In this document: one piece after another, positions 12,801 to 20,018 of the stretch
Layout of the letters: every line of letters starts with the position of its first letter
Position numbering within the stretch: the stretch's first letter is position 1
DNA from: Azolla caroliniana
Taxonomy: Eukaryota > Plantae > Polypodiophyta
NCBI GenBank assembly: GCA_043228905.1
Contig: JBHGNT010000329.1
Span: 1 to 34,404, forward strand
Direction of reading: 5' to 3'
DNA length: 34,404 nucleotides
The notes under the pieces: generated by a model
What the model saw: the letters and a program-made list of their open reading frames with translations, nothing else
Told to the model about the DNA's origin: nothing
The model's database searches: none
Translations under genes and position numbers: made by a program

Positions 12801-13446
12801 ACACATCAGCATACTGACGATACTTCTCGGGAAGTTGAACGGTGGACTCCTCTTTGGTGGTGCTGGAGGGTTGTACTGATATTGCAAAGAGAAACATTTC
12901 CTCCTTGCGCCCTTCCTCACGCAACTGACGTAGCGAAATGGTTGCAACCTTCTGGGTAGATCCTTGGGTTTGTCGCAACCGGATTTCCCTTGTCCTCCAA
13001 TCTATGTCTGGGTCATGTAACTCGAACCATGGTAATCCTAAAACTATGGGATGTTCTGGAATACTAATAATATTAAATGATACTACACATGTTAAGTTAT
13101 CTAGGACAATATTAACGGGTTCCGACTCTTCTATGATATTACCAGAAGCAATGGGACGACCATCAATGACTACTACTGAGGCTGGACGTGGGAGCTTTCT
13201 GAGAGATATCTGATGAGCTCGGGCAAAATTCCTATCCATGAAGCAAGAATTAGCTCCGGAATCTAGAAGGGCTAAGGTATGTACTGGAGGGGTACTTTTA
13301 GTACTAACTGCTACTTGGACTACGAACACATCACTAACTTGCTTAGAGGGAATGGAACCACTAATGGGCTGCACAGATCTAGGGCTGTCCAACCAAACGG
13401 CTCCTATTTTGGCTGGACTTAGTCGTTTAACTCTTCTTCTAATTGG
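9835..13446 (-). CDS. pol: Pol polyprotein (PR-RT-RNaseH-integrase-chromodomain), probably expressed by -1 frameshift from gag
   Basis: LLDSGA protease; YLDD RT; DASD and DHKNL RNaseH; HHCC and SDRG/QAE integrase; RLGPF; chromodomain YEVAAILD..YLVDWLGY..TWEP. The frame is open from 13446 with no nearby ATG, and the stop lies inside the 3' LTR. Confidence 0.95.
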   Translation of the reverse strand, partial: PIRRRVKRLSPAKIGAVWLDSPRSVQPISGSIPSKQVSDVFVVQVAVSTKSTPPVHTLALLDSGANSCFMDRNFARAHQISLRKLPRPASVVVIDGRPIASGNIIEESEPVNIVLDNLTCVVSFNIISIPEHPIVLGLPWFELHDPDIDWRTREIRLRQTQGSTQKVATISLRQLREEGRKEEMFLFAISVQPSSTTKEESTVQLPEKYRQYADVFDKVQANTLPHHRPYDCAIDLQPGKEPPWGPIYNLSPTELEVLRAYIEENLENGFIRHSKSPAGAPIFFVKKKDGSLRLVVDYRGLNKVTVRNRYALPLISSLLERINGARFFTKIDLRGAYNLVRIRPGDEWKTAFRTRYGHFEYTVMPFGLTNAPAVFQHMANDIFRDLLDDFLIIYLDDLLVYSKTQEEHDSHVLLVLKRLREHGLYAKLEKCSFGCNQVEFLGYVISSEGISMDPAKVKTVIEWHTPRSVRDVQCFLGFANFYRKFIQNYSKIVLPLTQLTRKGQSFIWSKETDMAFESLKKAFTSAPILGHVDPEKPFIIEADASDFALGSILSQQGNDEKLHPVAFHSRKFDAAEINYEIHDKELLAIVDSFMQWRHFLEGSPHQVTVFSDHKNLAYFQDACVLNRRQARWAHFLTRFDFKITYRPGKHQGKADALSRRSYLTPRPGEPAFDNQKQVILGPARLQAAQIFDMPVDSDITNTIREDLKTDAFAQAILAQIDASRASCSQSQSPGTDYRQFKYCDGLLFFKELLYVPNGSCRLRVVQNCHDTYTAGHFGSTKTLDLVQRSFWWPRMRQFVEDFVRTCDTCCRAKMPRHHPYGLLEPLPIPSKPWQSIALDFITDLPVSKGFSAILTVVDRYTKMAHFLPCTKEISSEDTAEIVMREVCRHHGLPDNIISDRGPQFVSKFWKHLFKMLKVTCNLSSGYHPQTDGQAERTNQTLEQYLRCFLNYHQNDWADILQFAEFAYNNAIHASTKVTPFYAYTGYHPRWCVLETPEVSTNPCAEDRLERLRKIQADLSTQLQQAQQSHKDYADRHRLPSSFNIGDRVWLLRRHIKTTRPCEKLDYRRLGPFRIIGKINDVAFRLELPPQLRIHPVFHSSLLEPYHESTIPGRTIQPPPPIELEDGPEYEVAAILDSKIVRNKLYYLVDWLGYSPSERTWEPIENVTNARALLEDFHRRYPEKPGPQSKTTRETRRFKGGIVS
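9843..9854 (-). other. Polypurine tract
   Basis: Minus strand AAGGGGGGATAG immediately precedes the 3' LTR TG. Confidence 0.9.
13380..13431 (-). promoter_or_regulatory. -1 ribosomal frameshift signal (G_UUA_AAC plus pseudoknot)
   Basis: Heptamer at 13431-13425 in gag phase, 6-nt spacer, 11-bp stem GTCCAGCCAAA/TTTGGTTGGAC, and loop TAGGAGC that can pair with downstream GCCCTA. Confidence 0.8.
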
Positions 13447-14588
13447 CTAAGGACATCAAATTTGTTTGCGAGATTCGGACTATTAGTACTATTAGGACTA
13501 TTATGACTATGAGGATTATCAGAGATTCCTACTGACATAGACTCGGGTTTAGTATAGTCAGAACTAACAATGACTTGGTTTACCTGCCTTCTTGGTCTAT
13601 GGGGACAGTTTATCGCGATATGCCCTGGTCCACCGCAATAAAGGCATAATCGGTTTGTTCGGCGTCGTTGCTTTTCCTCCTCCGATAGCGGCCCACGACG
13701 ACGTGTAGTGTCAATTTCCATTGGAGTTGGAGTACTTACTGGAGGCGCATTATGTGACTCCCTTTGAAAAGGTTTCGCTACCATTGAGGCATAGGTAGGC
13801 TCGGATCTTGCCCTCGGCATCTGAAATTGTCGTTCTGAACGTCGCTCGAAGAGGCGGTTGTCACATCTGACCGCTCGACTGATTGCTTCTGTTAATGATT
13901 TTGGCTCTTCAGGGAAAGTCAAGAGTAAATCCTTGACATCGTTGCGTAGACCATAGCGGAACTGCTCCATCAATGCTTGATCATCCCAGGGGATATCGGC
14001 GGCGAGTAGGCGGAAATCTGCAGCATATGCGGAGGCTGGACGGTCACCTTGGCGTAATCGCCGGATTTTGTTGATTGCAGTCCTTATGCTGTCAGTATCT
14101 CCAAAACATGCTTTAAACTCATTTATGAATTCTTCAAAATTATTTAGTACTGGAGATTCCTTTTCTAGTAGCGGAGCGAACCATGCTAATGCTGAGCCAT
14201 TTAACAACGTGCCTACTAAACCCACTCGTGATGCATCGGTGGGATATCGGGACGGATGCATTTGAATAACTAACCGTACCTGGTTAAGAAACCCTCTAAA
14301 CTGCGATCGCGTTCCATCGAACTTCGTGGGAAGGCCAATCTTGGGTTCTTTATGAATCCCTTGTGCTCCGTGCCCTTGTTGTTGCATTGCTACGATGGTT
14401 GCTTCGAGTTGTTGCACGCGTAACGCAAGTTCCCCATGCTGTTGTTGCGTTTGCTGCTTTTCTAAGGAAATTTGCTGAAGATCCCCCAACAAGCGTTGAT
14501 TTTCTTGTTCCAAAGCATGAAACTTCTCTTTCAAGCATTGAAATTCCGAGAAAACGGATTGATACTCTTCAGCGCTAACGGTGGCCAT
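13419..14588 (-). CDS. gag: Gag (N-terminal coiled coil, capsid, CCHC zinc knuckle)
   Basis: EPKIGLPTKFDG capsid start, LRQG..ASAYAADF, TPMEID, CLYCGGPGHIAINC. Confidence 0.95.
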   Translation of the reverse strand: MATVSAEEYQSVFSEFQCLKEKFHALEQENQRLLGDLQQISLEKQQTQQQHGELALRVQQLEATIVAMQQQGHGAQGIHKEPKIGLPTKFDGTRSQFRGFLNQVRLVIQMHPSRYPTDASRVGLVGTLLNGSALAWFAPLLEKESPVLNNFEEFINEFKACFGDTDSIRTAINKIRRLRQGDRPASAYAADFRLLAADIPWDDQALMEQFRYGLRNDVKDLLLTFPEEPKSLTEAISRAVRCDNRLFERRSERQFQMPRARSEPTYASMVAKPFQRESHNAPPVSTPTPMEIDTTRRRGPLSEEEKQRRRTNRLCLYCGGPGHIAINCPHRPRRQVNQVIVSSDYTKPESMSVGISDNPHSHNSPNSTNSPNLANKFDVLSQLEEELND

Positions 14589-14662
14589 GGGATGAAGGAA
14601 AAGGGAAATAAGAGACTAGTAGGAAAGGAGAGAGACAGAAGGAAGAGGGAGACTAGTAGGAG

Positions 14663-14674
14663 AAATCGGTTCAA
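14663..14674 (-). other. Self-priming primer-binding site (non-tRNA)
   Basis: Minus strand TTGAACCGATTT lies 2 nt from the 5' LTR, has no TGG, and is exactly complementary to LTR sequence AAATCGGTTCAA (14928-14917). Confidence 0.8.
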
Positions 14675-14676
14675 AC

Positions 14677-14809
14677 TGTCAGGAACTCTATTAAGGCAGA
14701 GAAGGAATTAGTACTAAAAGAAGGATTAGTACTATTGTTGGGGAATAGTACTAAGACAGAGAAGGATTAGTACTATGAGAGGTGTCGAACTTTGAGAGAA
14801 GGAATGAGT

Positions 14810-14847
<38 letters not shown>

Positions 14848-15137
14848 TGATGCGAAAGATATATGTATTATATGACGGAAGATATACAACAGTAGTTAGA
14901 AGGCTTAAGACTGGCGTTGAACCGATTTGGTTCGAACTAATGCCTTGCGCCTCCTTTTATAGTGTCTTCAGGAATACTCCTGAAGTTTCTAGAATGTTCC
15001 AGAGAAATCTGGAATATACATCAATTTCCTAATAAAACCTAAATGAAAATAATATCCTTCAAATTACAACTCATAACCTAATGGTAAAGTCTCGACCCGT
15101 GTAACAAAAGGTTATGGGTTCGAGTCTAGTTATGACA
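14677..15137 (-). repeat. 5' LTR (461 bp) of the chromovirus
   Basis: Near-identical to 9384-9842. Contains minus-strand TATAAAA (14961-14955), a (GA)15 tract and four TAGTACTA-containing repeats. Confidence 0.96.
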
Positions 15138-15155
15138 AGATTCGCATGTTTGAAC
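15138..15155. repeat. 18-bp satellite remnant between the two retrotransposons
   Basis: AGATTCGCATGTTTGAAC continues the monomer broken at 9383 and resumed at 21517. Confidence 0.9.
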
Positions 15156-15579
15156 TGTTGTATGTATGGCTGGACTAGCCGCAACACAGGTGTCTATCCG
15201 ACACTTCTCCAAAGGGGTGGTAGGGATAGGATGTTAATACACGCGTATGATAATTACACTTAAGCACAGACGAAGACAAGATTAATCAGCATAAGCAAAA
15301 CTATATTAATTCTTCGCGCTTTCATTACAAAACATCGGATCCTTTTATAGGCATCCGGCCAGATTACAATCGGTGCTCGGTAGGCAACCGTTAACCGAAA
15401 CCGAATCGGTTCGGATCCGGATCGGTTACAACTACCGGATCCGTCCCTCCTAATAATTCTATTCCTATTTCTATATTTATCCGATCCGACCTTGCTTTCC
15501 CATTTGCCTTCTCTGACCGGCCAACACATGGCACGCCCGTGGGAAAGTGCATTGCACTTCGAACCCACAGCCGGCTTCA
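15156..15579 (-). repeat. Putative 3' LTR of the second element (no partner copy in window)
   Basis: TGTTG...CTTCA with minus-strand CCTATAAAAGG near 15345 and PPT-like GAGGAAGAC (15588-15580) abutting. The inner boundary is inferred. Confidence 0.6.
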
Positions 15580-18500
15580 GTCTTCCTCACAATTATCAGG
15601 CAAACTCCGCTCCGAGGTTTCAAGTGTTGTTTTGCCTGTGCCGTCTCCGACGTCCGATTGGATTGGTTGCCTTTCCGCATCTTGCTGCTCCGACTCTGCT
15701 TCTACCGGTAGTACCGGTGTTTCTTCGGTATCTTGTCCGGGTCTGTCCTGCTCCACCTCCGTTCCGTTCCCGGTATCGCTCTCTCCGGTTTCCACTGGTT
15801 GTGTCCTTTCCTCCCCGGATTCGGTACTTCTCTGTCTCCACTCTGCATCATCCCCGGCATCAACCTGTTCTTGCTCCGGAAGTTCTTCCTCGGGTAATTC
15901 TTGTCGGGGTGCGTTGTCGGTTGGGTTCTTTTCAGCCGATCGCTCGCCCTCACTGATGGAGATCGGCGTTGTGCGTCCCTCGGCTTCCTGTCGCAGTCGG
16001 TCCTTCTCGTACCCTTCCAATTCCAGTTGGGTTTCGAGCTGCCCGTCATCCAACCTCTCTACTAACCCTCGGATTTCCTTGAGATGCTCTTCTGCTAGGG
16101 CATAGAAATCCTCCGACAATTCTTCCCGGATGTTGACGATACTTTCTTCGTCCATTTTATAGAACCCATCTCCGTTTTTCTTCCGATTTTCTGCATCAGC
16201 TCGGAGTATCTGCAGTTCAGCTGCCTGTTGTGCCCATTCCTTCCAGAGTTTCTCCGTGCTTTCATTTATGCTGGCCTGAGCTCGGGTACTCCAGCTTGAC
16301 ATGATGAACTTAATTCGGCCAACCCCTGCTTTAGCCTGTTCCGAAGCTGCTTGTTTTTCCTTCCTTATCCGTTTGATGATGTCGGCCATTAACTGAGCTT
16401 GAGCTTCCGAGTCGACTTTTTGCTTGTCACAGGTACTCCGCCATTTGTTGATTTCGAAAGTCGACTTCACTTTTTCCTCGTTCCAACTCTTTGTCAGCTC
16501 CCCTACTTTCTGCCGAAGTACTTCCATCTCTTTTCTTTGTTCCGACGTCAAGGTCTTCTCCACCGATACTTCCTCCCTTGCTTTGGACAATTCCAAGCGG
16601 TTTTCCTTGAGCTGCTCTTTCAGCTTTTCTATCTGTCGGTCGTACGTTGCTGCCTGATTCTTGATGTCCGACGTGGCCTGTTTATAATCCTTACATAGTC
16701 TGTCGAATTCCTCCGTCTTCTGTTTTAGGCGTCGGTTCGCCTGAGCTCGCAACTGATCATCCCGGTCCTTTTGTTGTCGGAGTTCCTCTCGCAACCGCTC
16801 GATTTCTTGCTCCATTCGTCGGCGCAGCCTATCTTTTTCCTTTTGCAGTGTCCCGTTTTCTTCTTGTAGTCGGTCATTGGTGGCTTTGCTTCGGCGAAGG
16901 CCTTCCTCCATTCGCCGTCTGTCGTCTTCTGCCAACTTCCGCTGTTCTCTTTCGTTATCTCTCAATGCCTCCTGAGCCTGTAATTCTTCTTTCAAAGTTT
17001 CTATTAACTTCTCGGTCTCAGGGCCGGTTTGCAAGGCCTTCTCCGTTTGTGGTTCGGCTTGCTTTTCTGATGTCCCGACCGGCTCGGTGCCATCTTGTGC
17101 TTGTCGGCTGCCTTCTTTTGCCTGTGCTATCTCTTCCTGCAGCTCATTTAATTGTGCCCGGAGCATGACCATATCCTTAGTCATCGTCCTAGTCACTTCT
17201 TCTCTTTGCTCCTCCTCTTTCTCCATCTGGTCTGCTACTCCCGACAACTGCCCTGACAACCACCTTAGCCATTGTGCCTTTGTTCTGCCTTCGTTGGTGT
17301 CAGCAGGCGTGCCTAGCTCCGGCTGTTTTTCCGACTGTTTCTCCGGCCTCTTCTCTTGTTCCGGCGCTTGTTCCTTTCTTTGTTCCTCGAACTCCGCCGC
17401 CGTCGGTTCCGGTACTGCCGTCTCTGGTGCAGACGGACCTTCATCCTGTGTCGCTTCTGTTCCGGTTACTGGAGGCGGTTCTTTTGCCCTTTGCTGAGTT
17501 CCGTCCGCTGTTGGGGTCGGTCTTGTCGCTCGTTTCTCCTTTCCTTGCCTGGGTGGTAGTATTAACATCGGTTCGGATGAGTCTTCCTCTGTTTCAGCGT
17601 CCTCCGTCGGTGCCACTATTGGTTCCTTTACTGGTACCGGTTCCGATTCGAGCGTTACTGGTTCGGTGTCGGTTTGCCTCTTGCTGGTCTTCTTTGCCAC
17701 CTTCTCCTTGCCCTTTTCCGCCTTTTTCTTCTTCATTGTCGGTTGCTGTTGCTGTTTCTGTGGCTGCCGTGATGAGCCTTCCTCCCTTTGCTGTCGGGAT
17801 GAGTCTTCTTCCCGCGGTGGTCGAGATGAGCCTTCTTTCCGCGGCTGTCGGGATGATCCTTCTTCCCGCGGCGCTTCTTCTTCCTGTGTCCATCCTGGGG
17901 TGTGTTTCTCTAGTATTCGTCGGCGCTTCATGGTTTGCTTCGGGGTAGTCTCCTGCCGACTTCTTTGCTTGTGCTTGATGGGGGACACTGGTGGGACCAA
18001 CACTGTTAACCATTGGGATATTCCGGCCCATGGCTTCTTCCCTTCCACCAAGTGCTTTATCGCCTCTTTCAGTCCTTCGGTGATGAAGTGGAGCCAGTCC
18101 ACCTGCAGGCCTTCGAATGTCGCGATGACGATCGCTGCCCGGTATTTGGCTATGGCTGCCGGACGAGGGTTCACGAACCCGTACTCCATCAGGGCGCGGG
18201 CCACCTCTCCGAACAGCAGGTTTTCTCCGCCCTGTGTGCGATACGCCTTGCTGCTAAGGGAGTATTCGCCGAAATACTCGAAGAATATTTGGCTCGAGGG
18301 TAGCTCTATCGTCTGAAGTCCTCCCTCCGAAATCCCTGTGAGCGCTTGTACCGCTCCTTCAGTGACCTCTGCTAAGTCCACCGCTGTTGCCGCCTGCTCT
18401 GGTTCCTTGTGTGGTGGAGCGTCAGCAACCCGCAGCAGCCCTCCTAATCCGTTCTCTGTCAGCCATTGTCGCGCTCCGTCCGACAGTGCCATCGCTTCTT

Positions 18501-18696
18501 CTTCGTCTGCTGCTGCCTGTGGTCTGAGGTCGGGGTGTAGGTGTTCTGCGCGTCGGATCTTGCTGTCTTGAGCCTGCGTTTGCTTGTGGGAAAATTCGTA
18601 AAAAGTGAACCCTTCCCCGGTTCTTCCTTTATATAGTGGCGTTTCCCTCGAGCCGCCTTTTCCTCTTTTTCGCGCGTCCCCTGCCATAATTAGCAT
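15577..18696 (-). CDS. Extra retrotransposon ORF, unknown function (globular N-terminus, disordered linker, long coiled coil, acidic tail); probable start at Met69 (18492)
   Basis: Uninterrupted 1039 codons; E/K/Q/R-rich coiled-coil-like segment; basic KKKKAEKGK patch; located between integrase and 3' LTR in sense orientation. Confidence 0.85.
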   Translation of the reverse strand: MLIMAGDARKRGKGGSRETPLYKGRTGEGFTFYEFSHKQTQAQDSKIRRAEHLHPDLRPQAAADEEEAMALSDGARQWLTENGLGGLLRVADAPPHKEPEQAATAVDLAEVTEGAVQALTGISEGGLQTIELPSSQIFFEYFGEYSLSSKAYRTQGGENLLFGEVARALMEYGFVNPRPAAIAKYRAAIVIATFEGLQVDWLHFITEGLKEAIKHLVEGKKPWAGISQWLTVLVPPVSPIKHKQRSRQETTPKQTMKRRRILEKHTPGWTQEEEAPREEGSSRQPRKEGSSRPPREEDSSRQQREEGSSRQPQKQQQQPTMKKKKAEKGKEKVAKKTSKRQTDTEPVTLESEPVPVKEPIVAPTEDAETEEDSSEPMLILPPRQGKEKRATRPTPTADGTQQRAKEPPPVTGTEATQDEGPSAPETAVPEPTAAEFEEQRKEQAPEQEKRPEKQSEKQPELGTPADTNEGRTKAQWLRWLSGQLSGVADQMEKEEEQREEVTRTMTKDMVMLRAQLNELQEEIAQAKEGSRQAQDGTEPVGTSEKQAEPQTEKALQTGPETEKLIETLKEELQAQEALRDNEREQRKLAEDDRRRMEEGLRRSKATNDRLQEENGTLQKEKDRLRRRMEQEIERLREELRQQKDRDDQLRAQANRRLKQKTEEFDRLCKDYKQATSDIKNQAATYDRQIEKLKEQLKENRLELSKAREEVSVEKTLTSEQRKEMEVLRQKVGELTKSWNEEKVKSTFEINKWRSTCDKQKVDSEAQAQLMADIIKRIRKEKQAASEQAKAGVGRIKFIMSSWSTRAQASINESTEKLWKEWAQQAAELQILRADAENRKKNGDGFYKMDEESIVNIREELSEDFYALAEEHLKEIRGLVERLDDGQLETQLELEGYEKDRLRQEAEGRTTPISISEGERSAEKNPTDNAPRQELPEEELPEQEQVDAGDDAEWRQRSTESGEERTQPVETGESDTGNGTEVEQDRPGQDTEETPVLPVEAESEQQDAERQPIQSDVGDGTGKTTLETSERSLPDNCEED
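17761..17868 (-). repeat. 4 x 27-bp in-frame repeat (REEGSSRQP)
   Basis: Read directly in DNA and translation. Confidence 0.9.
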
Positions 18697-18782
18697 GTCA
18701 CTCTTTAATTTTTGACGGCTACACGTGTTCTGCCATAATTAGCATGTAACTTTTTAATTCTGACGGCTGCACGTTTTCTGCC
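18628..18782 (-). promoter_or_regulatory. Candidate internal promoter: TATATAAA plus 2 x 49-bp tandem repeat with G-box
   Basis: TATATAAA at 18635-18628; CTGCCATAATTAGCATGT at 18681 and 18730; ACACGTG at 18721-18727. Confidence 0.5.
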
Positions 18783-19063
18783 TATTTTTGGCGCCTGCGC
18801 CTGCTGTGTCATGAATAGTATGTCTGTCCTTTGCTGCCGCGTGTCATGCTTGCGTTTCTTTGCCGCGTGTGTCGAATCTCCTACGTGTCTGTCATTATGA
18901 CTCCTTAATTGACGCGCGTTTTAAATTCTGTACATCGGCCCCCCACGTTCTGCTTTAAATAGCTCGTGCATCCGTGTGACGGTTGTAACTACCTCCTTCA
19001 TCATTACCATGATTTTCTTGATCTTCTTGTCTTGAATTTTCTTGACCGTAGCACCACGTCATC

Positions 19064-19064
19064 T

Positions 19065-19130
<66 letters not shown>
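19064..19130 (-). repeat. 67-nt poly(A) tract on the element sense strand
   Basis: T run with two C interruptions, 13 nt downstream of the integrase stop. Confidence 0.92.
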
Positions 19131-19135
<5 letters not shown>

Positions 19136-19143
19136 ATGCCGCA

Positions 19144-20018
19144 TCATTGTTCGGTTCCCCCCGATGTGTTCGGGTCGGTGCGCACTGTTGTCGGTTCCTC
19201 GTCGTTGTTACGCGTCGGTGTCGGTTCCTCGCCATTCGGGCTTTCCGGGTCTTGCTTGAAGGGGTTAGCTGGCATGTGCCCCTTATACGGTTTTAGGCGA
19301 AAACCATTTGCCCATTTGCCCACAACTTCTCCTGACAACGTCCCGAGCTGGTAAGACCCATTGTATTCCTTTGTGATCCAGAATGGTCCGGTCCACCGAA
19401 ATCGCAATTTCCCTGGCATGCTCCCCATCCTTGTCTGGAACAGTAATACCGGTTTCCCGATCTGGAATTCCTTTTCGTTACCGCGCCGGTGTCGGTCTAC
19501 AAAGGCTTTCCTCCTCCTTTGCTCTAGTTCTAGCTGTAGCAGGCTGGCTATTCGATTTTCTTCCAGTTCTAACAGCATCTTCAGCCGGATTCGTTCGGAT
19601 TCCTTCTCGCTTAACCGCTCCTTAACCTGTATTCTTAAGCTAGGAATTTGGAATTCTACTGGCATGACTGCTTCCAAGCCGAATGCCAGTCGGAACGGGG
19701 TCGTCCGGATGCTAGTCTTGTACGCCGTTCGGTACGCCCACAGCACGCTCTGCAACTTCGTGTCCCAGTCGGTCCGGTTCTCATTGACGATTTTTCTAAG
19801 GATGTTCTGTAGCGTTTTGTTTGTTGATTCCGCTAATCCGTTGGCTTGAGGGTAGTAGGGAGTGCTTCGTTTGTGTACTACCGCATAGAATGATGTCAAA
19901 CTTTCCACCACCTGCCCGAGGAAATGTCCTCCCTGGTCACTGATCAGCTCAATCGGGCATCCGTACCGACACCATATGCATTCATATAAAAATTTGGCCG
20001 TGGATGCCGCCGTGTTCT
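19144..20018 (-). pseudogene. 5'-truncated integrase (second D, E and GPF regions)
   Basis: The frame extends upstream of the called ORF as ENTAASTAKFLYECIWCRYGCPIELISDQGGHF, then STPYYPQANGLAE and RWTGPF. HHCC and the first Asp are missing. Confidence 0.88.

Larger units (their letters stand above)
9384..15137 (-). mobile_element. Intact Ty3/Gypsy LTR retrotransposon, chromovirus (Tf1/sushi/Tcn1-like)
   Basis: Two TG...CA LTRs, 5-bp TSD AGATT (9379-9383 and 15138-15142), gag and pol ORFs, PPT and a chromodomain. Confidence 0.97.

Noticed and set aside
15385-15560. Palindromic CCGGATCCG/AACCG clusters and AAGTGCATTGCACTT hairpin
   Set aside because: Most simply U3 enhancer-type repeats of the second LTR; no ncRNA motif recognised.
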